Part shown: in pieces, positions 38,848-49,442 of the stretch | Position numbering within the stretch: position 1 is the stretch's first letter | Layout: the number at the start of each line of letters is the position of its first letter | Assembly (NCBI GenBank): GCA_965204535.1 | Contig: CBDBEV010000001.1 | Coordinates: 1,728,001-1,792,000, forward strand | Source of the DNA: a bacterium | GTDB taxonomy: Bacteria > UBA8248 | Direction of reading: 5' to 3' | Length of the DNA stretch: 64,000 bases | Notes under the pieces: model-generated | Told to the model about the DNA's origin: nothing | Databases searched by the model: none | What the model saw: the letters and a program-made list of their open reading frames with translations, nothing else | Position numbers and translations under genes: made by a program

Positions 38848-39324
38848 CTAACTGAAGAGGCTGCCCTCGGGCAGCGCCAGCTTGAAGGCGAACCAGAAGA
38901 AATAGTTCACCACGATGGGAAAGAGGATCGACATCGCCGCGACGTAGCGCCAGTCGCGCGTGCCCATGGACGTAACGAGGATTGCGAGAAATACGGGCGT
39001 ACTCACCAGAAAGCCGAAATACGCCAAAGACTCGACGTAGACGTAACAAAGAACAAAAACGGCGCAGACTTGGCATAACGCCCTTTTGCCCGAAATCACC
39101 TGCCCGCCCGCTTCACTCCGCCTGAGAGCCCCGAACAGGAACATCGCACTCACCAGCCCGAACGTGACGACGGCGGAGGTGGGGAAGAAAGTGGGTAAAA
39201 AGACGGCGTTCGTTACTTCTTCGGGCGGAATGGCGTATTGAATCTGCGTGGGAATGATGTAGAAAAAGCCGATGACGCTGTAGAGTATAAAAATGACGGC
39301 TGTGTAAATATCGGCTTTCCGCAC
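38848..39324 (-). CDS. tctB: tripartite tricarboxylate transporter small permease
   Basis: Four-TM profile, PTFFP, C-terminal LPEG; start chosen at GTG after GAGG. Confidence 0.82.
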   Translation of the reverse strand: MRKADIYTAVIFILYSVIGFFYIIPTQIQYAIPPEEVTNAVFLPTFFPTSAVVTFGLVSAMFLFGALRRSEAGGQVISGKRALCQVCAVFVLCYVYVESLAYFGFLVSTPVFLAILVTSMGTRDWRYVAAMSILFPIVVNYFFWFAFKLALPEGSLFS

Positions 39325-39574
39325 GTCCGGCCCTCTTGACGGATATGGAACCCATGCTCGCCTCATACATACCCCTGACAAGGACAAGCCCGGATTCCGG
39401 GACGCTGAAACCGCCTCACATCTTTTCTGCGTATACAAAACAGGCTAGCAAGAATCGCCGCGCGTGTCATCCCGGAACGACATCCGAAGACGGCGTGAAA
39501 GATGGCGCTTATTGTGGGAAGATAAATTATTCCTCAAAAAAAGACTCGGAGCACGCATTCGAGAAGGAGTGGCC

Positions 39575-40228
39575 ATGTCCAGAGTTCCGTTGCTCGGCAG
39601 GGAGGAAGCAGAAGGCGAAATCGCGCGCACCTTCGACATCCTGAACAACTTCCAAAGCAGGCAGGTCAATTCCACCCGGGCGACGGCGCACTCCCCGTTT
39701 CTCGCGCGCATCTTCTATCCCCTCGTCCAGACACTGATGCGCGAGGGGCTCGGCACCGTGCTTTCTTCCAAGATAAAAGAAATCGCCGTCATCAAGACCA
39801 GCCAGTTGAACGGGTGTGATTACTGACTCGCGCACAACACCGCTCTCGGCCGGGTGCTGGGAATCACCGATGAACACGTCGCCGCCATCGGCTCGGATGA
39901 GTACACGGATTCGCCGCTGCTGACCCCAAGGGAAAAGGCGACCGTCCTCTGGGCCGAACACGTCACGCGCAACTCCGCCAAGTTCCGGGACGACATAGCC
40001 GAGGAAGTGCAAAAGCATTTCACGGACGCAGAGTTCGTGGAACTCACCTTCGTCATCAGCTACTTCAACATGCGAAACCGCTACCACGATTCGCTCAAGC
40101 TGCCGAACGATGAGGCGGAAATCGTCGAGGACGTGGGCCGCCTCCGGCCCGACCCGGCGAAACTCAAGGCTTATCTGCAGGAAGTTCTGGACAACTGGCC
40201 GGACGCCTTCCCCGAACCCAACGATTGA
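39575..40228 (+). CDS. AhpD/CMD-like selenoprotein (CxxU)
   Basis: AAGGAG SD; ...KEIAVIKTSQLNGCDY-U-LAHNTALG...; TGA at 39824-39826 joins ORFs 39464-39826 and 39854-40228 in frame. Confidence 0.87.
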
Positions 40229-40266
40229 GAGCAATTATGAATCACACCGAAGAGGAGAAACGATAA

Positions 40267-40992
40267 ATGGACCGAGGAATCTGGGCGGTATGGTACGACC
40301 TTCCCGAAGAGGGAGCGGATGAATACATCTCCTGGCTTCATGAGGTCCACATCCCCGAAGCGCTTGCGCGTCCGGGCTACCTCTGGGCGGCGCACGTGAA
40401 GAACGTCGTCACGCCCGAGCGTGAGGAACGCATCCGGGGCGTCGTCCACCACACGGACGACGCGAGCGTCCCCACGGGGGTTCAGTACCTGATGCTCTAC
40501 GGCGCACTCTCGCCGAACGCTTTTCTGGACCCGAGTCCCGAGCAGATGGCGGAGAAGATGACGGCGGATGACCGGGAAATGCTCGGGCGGCGATTGAACG
40601 CGCGCTCTTGTATCTTCATGGAGCACAACCGCATCGACGGTCCCGAGTTCAAGACCCGCGCGCCGGGAATCACGCCGGGTCCGGGTATCCAGTTCGGTAC
40701 CTTCAACATCAACGCCGTCGAGAACGAGGACGAGCTCGGTTGCTGGTACGCCCAGGTGCGTATGCCGCGCCTCGTGAGCATGGAGGGATGTGTCGGCGCG
40801 CGTAATCTCGTATCGGTATCGGGCTGGGCGAAGCACGGGATTCTCTATGAGTGGGTCTCCCTGGAATCGCTTCAGCAGAATTTCACGACCGAGAAGATAC
40901 CCCGCTCTCGCCAAGCCGTGAGCACCCTCGTCCACGCGCCCAGTTCCCCGAGTCTCGGCGAGCGCATCTGGCCGCCGGCGGGGGATAGTTAA
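40267..40992 (+). CDS. hypothetical protein, probable duplicated dimeric alpha/beta-barrel (EthD/DUF4286-like)
   Basis: W..EVHIPEALARPG and WY..R.PRL..MEGCVGAR halves. Confidence 0.65.
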   Translation: MDRGIWAVWYDLPEEGADEYISWLHEVHIPEALARPGYLWAAHVKNVVTPEREERIRGVVHHTDDASVPTGVQYLMLYGALSPNAFLDPSPEQMAEKMTADDREMLGRRLNARSCIFMEHNRIDGPEFKTRAPGITPGPGIQFGTFNINAVENEDELGCWYAQVRMPRLVSMEGCVGARNLVSVSGWAKHGILYEWVSLESLQQNFTTEKIPRSRQAVSTLVHAPSSPSLGERIWPPAGDS

Positions 40993-41032
40993 TTTTCGGC
41001 CTTCGTTGTGGTGGTGGACAAGCACCCCGCAA

Positions 41033-42418
41033 TCAATACGTGAGTTTCGAGAACCCCTCGAACAGGTGCGCGAGGAATTTTTCGGACTGGAGAACGCCCG
41101 ATACCTGCGCGTATTCGTTGGCCGCGTGTTTTCGCATGGCGTTGCACGGAAGCCCGCCGATCCAAGGCACGCCAAGCTCTTCGGTCCACAAGGCCACGGG
41201 CATCCCCGCCGGGTGCACGGGCCAGACTTCCGGGTCCGCGCCCATGTCCGCATGGGCCTTCAGGAAACACTGGATGAGAGGATGCTCCAGCGGCGTTCCG
41301 CCGCCCGCGTAATGATTGTTCACGACGAACTCGACGTCACCGTAGCCGCCCTCCGCCAGGATGTTGCGGACGTTCCCGATGCGCTCGTCGGGGTCTTCGC
41401 CCGGCTGGAAGCGCATGTTCACCACGGCCTGGGCCTCGGAGGGAATGCTGACCTTGACGGATTTGCCCTCACCGACGAAGCCCGCGTGAAGGCCTGTCAG
41501 GGTGAATTCCGCCTTGAACAGATGCGAGCGGACGGCGGCGCCGAAATCATCCTGCCGGAAACGCTCGACGCCCAGACTCTGCTTCATCCGCTCCGGGTCC
41601 ATGCGCTCTGCGAGTTTTCGGCACAATTCTTCTTCGGCTTCGCTCGGCGTCCAGCCCTCGCCGTTTTGGTAAATCTCCTCGAGCCTCGCCTGCAGATAAG
41701 CGATCGCCTCCACGATGCGCTCCGCCGGATTGCCTATCCAGTTGCAGTTGAGCGCGTGAATCTCGTTGCCCACCGGGCCGCCCCACTCCCCCGGACGGCA
41801 GAAGAGCCTGCCCATCAGGTTGCCTTTGAGCCCCAGCGGGACGATGGGCGTCCCGTCGGTCTGCCCCATCGGGCAGAGCCAGTAGGCCGCGTTCGCCTTT
41901 TGCATCTTCTCCCTGTAGCGCGGGAAGAAATCCTTGATGCCGCCGCTGCCGAGTTCGGACGCCTCGTGGACGAACATGAGGTTGAGCGGGAGCTTCTCCC
42001 CTGCGGTGCGCGCCGCGTAGACCGTGTTCATCACGCAGGCGATACCGGTTTTCATATCCTCCGCACCCCGGCCCACGATGCAGGGTCCCAAGCCTTCCAG
42101 TTCCTGAATCTCCGGCTCGAAGGGAGGGTTGATCCAGCCCGGTTCTTCCGCCGGCGTCACGTCGTAGAGGCCGTGGCAGAGCAGCGTGCGCTCGGCGCCC
42201 TCGTCGATCAGGCCGTAGACGACGGGAAACTCCGCCGTTTCCACCACCTCCGCCTCGCCGCCGACCTCGATGATCTCATCGGCCAGCATCCGCGCCATCT
42301 CGTCGTTTCCGAGGTTGAGCGCGGAGACGCTCGGCTGTCGAATGTATTTCAGGAGACGCTCGATGTGGGTGGATTCGAAATCCGCCTCGATTTGCGCGAT
42401 GACCCGTTCGACGTCCAT
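41033..42418 (-). CDS. M20/M25/M40 metallo-hydrolase
   Basis: HGLYDV, GRGAEDMK, HAANE. Confidence 0.82.
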   Translation of the reverse strand: MDVERVIAQIEADFESTHIERLLKYIRQPSVSALNLGNDEMARMLADEIIEVGGEAEVVETAEFPVVYGLIDEGAERTLLCHGLYDVTPAEEPGWINPPFEPEIQELEGLGPCIVGRGAEDMKTGIACVMNTVYAARTAGEKLPLNLMFVHEASELGSGGIKDFFPRYREKMQKANAAYWLCPMGQTDGTPIVPLGLKGNLMGRLFCRPGEWGGPVGNEIHALNCNWIGNPAERIVEAIAYLQARLEEIYQNGEGWTPSEAEEELCRKLAERMDPERMKQSLGVERFRQDDFGAAVRSHLFKAEFTLTGLHAGFVGEGKSVKVSIPSEAQAVVNMRFQPGEDPDERIGNVRNILAEGGYGDVEFVVNNHYAGGGTPLEHPLIQCFLKAHADMGADPEVWPVHPAGMPVALWTEELGVPWIGGLPCNAMRKHAANEYAQVSGVLQSEKFLAHLFEGFSKLTY

Positions 42419-42458
42419 CGGAGAACCTCCTCATCCCCTTCGGGGGATACGCAAGCTA

Positions 42459-42770
42459 TCAGGGAATCATGAGACCGAGCAGCGGACCGTGCTGCTGCGC
42501 CCCGTACACGTCGCGGTCGCCCGGTGCGCCCGAGGTCGGCCCTTTCCTCGGTATGGTGATCTTGATCGCGTTGGCCGCGTCGAAATGGACTATCTTCACA
42601 TCCTCGGTCGCCATCTCGTAGAGTTCTGAAACCACGCCCGGCGTGAGCGCCTCGCTGTCGGCCACGCGCCGATAAGTCGCCTCATCGGCGAACAACAGGT
42701 CCAGCGTGATGTGCAGGGGGCCTGCGTTCTTGCTCCGCAACACCTCGGCGAGGTCGTAGAGCCGCTCCAC
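42459..42770 (-). CDS. DUF4387-family protein
   Basis: RSKNAGP...DVYGAQQH. Confidence 0.88.
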   Translation of the reverse strand: MERLYDLAEVLRSKNAGPLHITLDLLFADEATYRRVADSEALTPGVVSELYEMATEDVKIVHFDAANAIKITIPRKGPTSGAPGDRDVYGAQQHGPLLGLMIP

Positions 42771-42772
42771 CC

Positions 42773-44137
42773 TCAGCCCACCTGCGCGAATTCGACCTCG
42801 AAGGGCGCCGCGGCATCTTCGAGCTCCACGAGGTGATAGATGTGGAACTCATACACCGGTCCGCCCTCGAAATCAGACGGCGAGAACGGGAAGGCGAGGT
42901 TCCCGGCGGTGGCTTTTCGGCCCTCGAAGTCCGAATGCAGGAACGTGCTCCGCGTAAGTGAGAGCACCGCGTTCGCCGTCGTCTGATCCCTGGCGATCGC
43001 CTCCATCACCACGCCGACCTCCCTTGGAGCGCCTGATTCATCCGCCGCCGGACGGCCCATCACGCCGTCGCGCCCGTAGAAGATGAAACGCAGTTCGTAG
43101 TCCTCGGGCGAGAGCGTACCCCGAACCATGTCCGCGACGGTGTTCTTCACGTTCGCCTCCACCTCATCGAGACTCGCGAGCAGCCTGGGGTCCGTCATAC
43201 CGGCGACGGCGATGGTGCGGTATCCCCTCAAGCGCACCCCTTCGATCTTGATGGTCGGGGTCTGCGCTTGCACGAATCGGCTGCCGCTCACCCGCACGCG
43301 GCGCTCGCCGATCTGTTTGAATTCCGAGTCTTTGAGGTCGATCACCCCCTCCGGTTCATAGAACAGGTAGGGGTCGGGCTGTTCGTACATCATGTGGGCC
43401 GCCACGGAACCCGGCGTCACTCGCATCCCCTCGTTCATCGGTTCGAGTTCGAAGTGATCTTCGCGCAAAGTGCCCAGAATGCAGTCGTTCGCCCCGATGG
43501 GGAGAGCGCACTGCGCGCCGCACTCGATGATCTTCGCCATGTGAAAGGCGAGGCCAAGGTCGAAGCCCTGCATCGCGGCGTAAGAGGTGTAGATGGCCGT
43601 GTCGCAGGAGCGTCCGGCAAGGACGACCTCCGCACCGCCCTCCAGGGCCGTCATGAAAGGTTCCAGCCCCATCTGGCCCACGATGCGCACGCTTTCGTCC
43701 ACCATCTCCTCGGTGAGTTCGGGGAGCTTCCCCAGGGTGCGCGTTCTCTTTTCCCGGACAGCGCGCTTGATGAACTCCTTGTCCATTTCAGAACGGATCA
43801 CCGCGAGTTTGAAGCGGTGCCCGTCGCGCTTCGCCAATTCATTCATCGTCTCGAGCACGCTGTCCACGTGCGGATTTCCGCCCGCCGTACCGGCGGAGCC
43901 GATGATGTAGGGAATCTTCTTCTTTCTCGCGGCGGCCAGCGAAAATCCTAAGTCTCTGCGAATCTGCTCGCGCTTGGTGAGCTGGTCGCCGCTTCCGAGG
44001 TAATAGGGACCCGCATCGGTGGAGCCGTTGTCCGCCCCCATGATGTGCGGGTCGCGGGCGAGACCGTTTTCGAGAGAGGCCTTGGGGAATCCGTAGCCGA
44101 GATTTCCGCAAACGGACAATACCCTGAGTTCATCCAT
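42773..44137 (-). CDS. AtuA/DUF1446-family protein
   Basis: LGYGF, STDAGPYYLG, VGQMG, KIIECGA, AGNLAFPFSPSD. Confidence 0.85.
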   Translation of the reverse strand: MDELRVLSVCGNLGYGFPKASLENGLARDPHIMGADNGSTDAGPYYLGSGDQLTKREQIRRDLGFSLAAARKKKIPYIIGSAGTAGGNPHVDSVLETMNELAKRDGHRFKLAVIRSEMDKEFIKRAVREKRTRTLGKLPELTEEMVDESVRIVGQMGLEPFMTALEGGAEVVLAGRSCDTAIYTSYAAMQGFDLGLAFHMAKIIECGAQCALPIGANDCILGTLREDHFELEPMNEGMRVTPGSVAAHMMYEQPDPYLFYEPEGVIDLKDSEFKQIGERRVRVSGSRFVQAQTPTIKIEGVRLRGYRTIAVAGMTDPRLLASLDEVEANVKNTVADMVRGTLSPEDYELRFIFYGRDGVMGRPAADESGAPREVGVVMEAIARDQTTANAVLSLTRSTFLHSDFEGRKATAGNLAFPFSPSDFEGGPVYEFHIYHLVELEDAAAPFEVEFAQVG

Positions 44138-44231
44138 GCGAGGCTCCTGAGGCATTTTGACTGGAAGATACTCGAAACCTACACGATCGCCCCGGCCCGG
44201 TTACCGCCAAGGAATCCAGGTTAAGCCACGC

Positions 44232-44669
44232 CTACGGCTGGACCCGCAGCCTCTCGGGCTCGATGATGGCCTCCGCCGTTATCTCGATCATCGCGTCGGG
44301 AGGACCGAGGCGGGATATCTCGATCAGCGTGCTGGCCGGGCGAACGTTCTTGAAGTATTTGAAGCGCTCATCGGAATGCTTGTAATACTCCATGATGTCG
44401 GTCACATACGTCGTGGAACTGACGATGTCGTCGAACGTAGCACCCGCGTGGGCCAAGCCCTTGCCGATGTTCTCGCAAGTCACTCGTATCTGGGTACGCA
44501 TGTCACCGACACCTTCCACTTCGCCGCTCGGCTTGCGGGGCACCTGACCGGAAAGATAGATATGGGCGTGGTCCGAACCGTGAATCGTCACCACGGGCAC
44601 GTAAAGAAGCTCGTTGTTTTCCACGCGGGACCACATATCGTCGGGCTGCATGAACTGTCTCTGGATCAT
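44232..44669 (-). CDS. RidA/YjgF family protein
   Basis: IYLSGQV, RPASTLIEISRL, IEITAEA. Confidence 0.85.
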   Translation of the reverse strand: MIQRQFMQPDDMWSRVENNELLYVPVVTIHGSDHAHIYLSGQVPRKPSGEVEGVGDMRTQIRVTCENIGKGLAHAGATFDDIVSSTTYVTDIMEYYKHSDERFKYFKNVRPASTLIEISRLGPPDAMIEITAEAIIEPERLRVQP

Positions 44670-44695
44670 CTTCTCGTTCCTCTTTTGGTTTTCGT

Positions 44696-45511
<816 letters not shown>

Positions 45512-45531
45512 GATATACTCCTATCGGCGCG

Positions 45532-46392
45532 TTATTCGCGCAGCGTTCCCCAGCGCTGGACCGTGGCCAGCTCGATGCTCCGCAGGCAGACGCGCTCCAC
45601 GATCACGCCCAGAATACCAACGACCACCACTCCTCCGTACATCATGTCCGCCGCGAGGAAATCGCGGGCCGCGAAAATCCGGAAGCCCAGGCCCGCCTCG
45701 AGCGCGACTATCATCTCCCCGGTCACGACGATGCGCCATGCGCGGCTGAACGCGATGCGGTAGCCCGCGATGAGATTCGGCAGCGCGCCGGGCACCATCA
45801 CCTGGAAGAAAAGCGTCATGCCCTTGGCGCCCATGGCGCGCCCTGCGCGGATGAGGGAGGCGTCCACGGTCTTCACGCCCGTCCACGCGTTCACCATGAC
45901 GGTGATCATGCCCTCGAACCACAGCACGGAGATCAGCGTGAAATCGCTCAGTCCGAACCAGAGAATGACGATGGGAAACAATGCAAGGCCCGGCACGGCC
46001 AGGAAAAAGTACATCGGAGGCGCGAGAATCCGCTCCACGGTCTGATTCATCCCCATTATCAGGCCGACCACGGTTCCCGAAACGAGGGCGAGGAACGCTC
46101 CGACCAGGAGCCGGTAAAGCGAAACGTAGATGTCCAGCCAGAGGATGCCGGATTTCGCCTGATCCACCATCGTCACCCATATCTTTTCCAAGGGAGGGAA
46201 AAGCACGGGATGGAGCGTGCCCGAGTGTGCGAGCAACTCCCAGAAGATGAGTAATCCGATGAGAGGCGCCGCCATGAGGAAGAACGCCTTGCCCGAGTTT
46301 CTGAAAACCACGCCCCAGTTGGGAGGCCCGAGTTGTCTTTCGGTCCCCGGCGTTTCTCCGGGCTGGGTTCGCGCTTTATCGGCCGACGCCAC
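45532..46392 (-). CDS. NitT/TauT-type ABC permease
   Basis: LWFG, RAGRAMGA, PGALP, GEMI..GLG. Confidence 0.9.
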   Translation of the reverse strand: MASADKARTQPGETPGTERQLGPPNWGVVFRNSGKAFFLMAAPLIGLLIFWELLAHSGTLHPVLFPPLEKIWVTMVDQAKSGILWLDIYVSLYRLLVGAFLALVSGTVVGLIMGMNQTVERILAPPMYFFLAVPGLALFPIVILWFGLSDFTLISVLWFEGMITVMVNAWTGVKTVDASLIRAGRAMGAKGMTLFFQVMVPGALPNLIAGYRIAFSRAWRIVVTGEMIVALEAGLGFRIFAARDFLAADMMYGGVVVVGILGVIVERVCLRSIELATVQRWGTLRE

Positions 46393-46406
46393 GAAAATTT
46401 CCTTTC

Positions 46407-47756
46407 TCAGCTTCCGAGAGCCGTTATTCGCCCGCTTCCGAGAGCTTCTATTTGCCCGGGCTCGGGCAGGTTCGCGTAGGGGTCCGGCGCGATGGCGGAG
46501 GCGTCACGCTCCCGCGTGCACAGATCCAGCGCTGCGAGGGCGAATATCTTTGTCGTGTCCACCAGCGCGTCGACGTGGATGTGTTCGCCGATATCGGCGT
46601 TCCAGCCGTAATCCGCATCAAACGTCCGGCCCGCCAGTCCGTACGTGATGGTCTGGACCCCGTAGCGGTTCATGTGGGCGGCGTCCAGATAGGAAGTCTT
46701 CACGATGATGTTGGGCTTTTCACCCACAATCTGCTCGTGCGCCTGGATCATCGCTTTGGAAGGCAGCGAATCGACGGGAATGCCCGAGGGTGGATGCGAG
46801 GAGAACACCTCGACCTTGGCGCCGACGTCGGGATGCTCTTCGTTCACCTGCGCGATGAGCTCTTTGAATTCCGCTTCGACGTTCTGAATCGTCTGACCCG
46901 GTACCAGGCGGACATCCACGTACAGGCGGCACTCGATGGGCGAGCGTGCGCAGCGGTAGGGCCAACCGCCCTCGATGGCGGCCACGTTCACGTGGGGGCG
47001 TTCACCGAGGAATTCGTTGCGGCCCCGGTACTCGGGAATCCACTTGCGAACCGCCGCCTGCACACGTTCCATGCGCTCGATGGCGCTGGCCGTGTAGTGG
47101 CCGTAGCACGTATGGCCCATCGACCCCCGCGTGATGACCTTGAACCAGATCGTGCCCCCGTGCCAGGGTGCTACCTGCATGCCGGTCGGCTCCCCGAGAA
47201 TACAAAAATCCGTCAGATATCCGTGCGATATAAGATGCCGTGTGCCGACGCCGTAGCCGTCGTAGAGCACATCCTGGTACTGATCGATACGGTTTTTCTC
47301 GATCTCTCCCGCGACAGAAGCGAGGACGATGTCGCCCCTGAGCTCCACGCCCGCATCCCGGAGGGCTTTCGCCGCGCCGAGGTAGGAAACGTCGGCGCTT
47401 TTCATGTTGGCCGCGCCGTTTCCGATAATCCAGTCACCATCGCGAATCGCCTTGTTCTTGTAGCCCGGCTGGGTGAGCTCGGGCTCCTCGCCGGAATAGG
47501 AGGTGTCCAGATGGCCGTTGAACATCACCGAATAGCCGCCGCCCGTGCCCGGTGAAATGCCGACCGCGTTGTAGCGGCCCTCGGCCACCTTCTGCAGGTG
47601 CGCCTCGAAGCCGGCCTCCTCGTATTTCGCGTGCATGTAGCGGGCGGCATTCTCCTCGTAGCCGGTGGGGCTGGGTATGTCCACGAGTTCCATAGTGGTT
47701 TTTACGAGGAAATCCTCATCCACCGCGTCGACGACTTTCTTTTGAAGCTCATCCAT
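46407..47756 (-). CDS. M20-family (ArgE/DapE-like) hydrolase with atypical metal site
   Basis: NGHLDT, GNGAANMK, AGEIE, GEPT. Confidence 0.8.
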   Translation of the reverse strand: MDELQKKVVDAVDEDFLVKTTMELVDIPSPTGYEENAARYMHAKYEEAGFEAHLQKVAEGRYNAVGISPGTGGGYSVMFNGHLDTSYSGEEPELTQPGYKNKAIRDGDWIIGNGAANMKSADVSYLGAAKALRDAGVELRGDIVLASVAGEIEKNRIDQYQDVLYDGYGVGTRHLISHGYLTDFCILGEPTGMQVAPWHGGTIWFKVITRGSMGHTCYGHYTASAIERMERVQAAVRKWIPEYRGRNEFLGERPHVNVAAIEGGWPYRCARSPIECRLYVDVRLVPGQTIQNVEAEFKELIAQVNEEHPDVGAKVEVFSSHPPSGIPVDSLPSKAMIQAHEQIVGEKPNIIVKTSYLDAAHMNRYGVQTITYGLAGRTFDADYGWNADIGEHIHVDALVDTTKIFALAALDLCTRERDASAIAPDPYANLPEPGQIEALGSGRITALGS

Positions 47757-47872
47757 GATTCGCGATTCTCCTCAAACGCACTTCACAAGCATACGAATAC
47801 AATCTCACCCCTCCGGAGGGCTGCCCGCCCGCCCGGAGGGGTAAAATACGGTTCGGAATTATATCTGCCGTC

Positions 47873-48868
47873 TTACTTCATCAAATTGAAGTAGGCGTTT
47901 TCCACCAACGTGATGTCGATGTGCTTGGTGACGTCGATGCGCTTGGGCAGCTTGCCCTTCTTGACGCTCACGTCCACGCCGTCCTGCACTTCCTTGATGT
48001 CCCTGTGCGTGATCATCGCGCGGTCCCAGCGCATGAACTTGTACAGGTCGGTCTTCACCTTCGCCACGCTGAACTTGAAGCCCTGGCTCTTCCAGAACTC
48101 GTGCATCAGCTTCGCGGACTCGTCGCGGTTGCGGTTCAGGAAACGCATCGCGCGAACGTGCGCGTTGATGAAACGCTGCGCGCCGTCGGGGTTTTTCTTC
48201 TTGATGTAGGACCAGGAAGTCGTCAGGAACACCGGGGAGGTGTAGCCGAGCAGATCGTCATAGTCCTTCGGCCCCATGACCATACGGCCCAGGCCCTTAC
48301 CGACGATGATCGAGCCCCACGGCTCCCAGGTCAGGCCCGCATCCAGAGCGCCGCGCTCGAAGGCGGCCGGGAGCGAACCCGTCTTGGTGTTGCGGATCTT
48401 GAAATCCTTGTCCGACATGCCGATGCGCGAGAGATACGTCATCCAGGTGGCCCAGGTGCCGGTACCCATCTGCGCGCCCACGGTCTTGCCCTTCAAGTCC
48501 TTGACCGACTTCGTGGTCTTGTCCTTCATGGGCACGAGAACCATGTTCTGGTTCCCGTAGCGGTTGAGCGCGATGCCCACCACGTCCAGGCCGCGCGCCG
48601 CAATCTGGCCCACGCGGGAGCCGCGCGTGCTGATGATGTCGGCGGTGCCGCCGATGAGTGCGTCGATCAGCGCGCGGGGGCTCGTGACCCGCCGCTGCAC
48701 TTCCACGCCCTCGGCTTTGTAGAAGCCTTTCTTTTCAGCGATGTAGGGGATGGCGGCGTGTGAGGTGTTGTCGTGAATCAACTTGACGACGCCTTTCGCG
48801 GCCAGCGCGTTCGAGGCCATACCCAATACGACGAACATTGCGATCAAAATCAGGCCGAACCTTTTCAT
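47873..48868 (-). CDS. SsuA/THI5-like ABC substrate-binding protein
   Basis: Signal peptide; KGFYKAEG, DLKGKTVG, WEPW. Confidence 0.88.
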   Translation of the reverse strand: MKRFGLILIAMFVVLGMASNALAAKGVVKLIHDNTSHAAIPYIAEKKGFYKAEGVEVQRRVTSPRALIDALIGGTADIISTRGSRVGQIAARGLDVVGIALNRYGNQNMVLVPMKDKTTKSVKDLKGKTVGAQMGTGTWATWMTYLSRIGMSDKDFKIRNTKTGSLPAAFERGALDAGLTWEPWGSIIVGKGLGRMVMGPKDYDDLLGYTSPVFLTTSWSYIKKKNPDGAQRFINAHVRAMRFLNRNRDESAKLMHEFWKSQGFKFSVAKVKTDLYKFMRWDRAMITHRDIKEVQDGVDVSVKKGKLPKRIDVTKHIDITLVENAYFNLMK

Positions 48869-48954
48869 CTTATCTTCCTCCACGATTGAGAGAACCCGTT
48901 GCCTCTACTACGTCAAACAGAGATAAAACGATCGGAACCGGCGAGGAGCGCCTT

Positions 48955-49332
48955 TTACTCTCTCGCCGGGTGAAATATGGCCAGCAGCTTTACTTGCCTT
49001 TCTCCGCCCGTCATGCTGCGGTGCATCGTCTTCCGGGGGAGGAATATACAGTCGCCGCCCCGAAACTCGATGCTCCGATCTTCCAACTCGTACCGTCCCT
49101 CGCCCTCGATGATGTAGATGAGTTCGTCCTCTTCGTGGTCGTGCCACTCGTGCGTCTCGCCGGGGCGGAATACCGTGAGCCAGGCGTCGACGTTCCAGCC
49201 GTGGTCCTCCTGCGAAGTCATCCGCCAGGCGTGCGCGCCGCCGTCGAGCACCTTGTGCTTCTGGTTTTCAGGCCTTATCAAACAGGCTCCGCGGTCGCCC
49301 AATTCCTGTCTCCCCGAACACTTGTCCCGCAC
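48955..49332 (-). CDS. cupin domain protein (start uncertain)
   Basis: WHDHEEDELIYIIEG...GDCIFLP..MH. Confidence 0.8.
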   Translation of the reverse strand: MRDKCSGRQELGDRGACLIRPENQKHKVLDGGAHAWRMTSQEDHGWNVDAWLTVFRPGETHEWHDHEEDELIYIIEGEGRYELEDRSIEFRGGDCIFLPRKTMHRSMTGGERQVKLLAIFHPARE

Positions 49333-49442
49333 GAGATGAAAACGCCGTGTATGAAATTGAATGATATAAGGAGATGCTATGCGCTTGTTCCGCTAATGTC
49401 AATCGCGCGGGCATGTCCGAGGCGTGGAGGGTGTTTCCTTCC

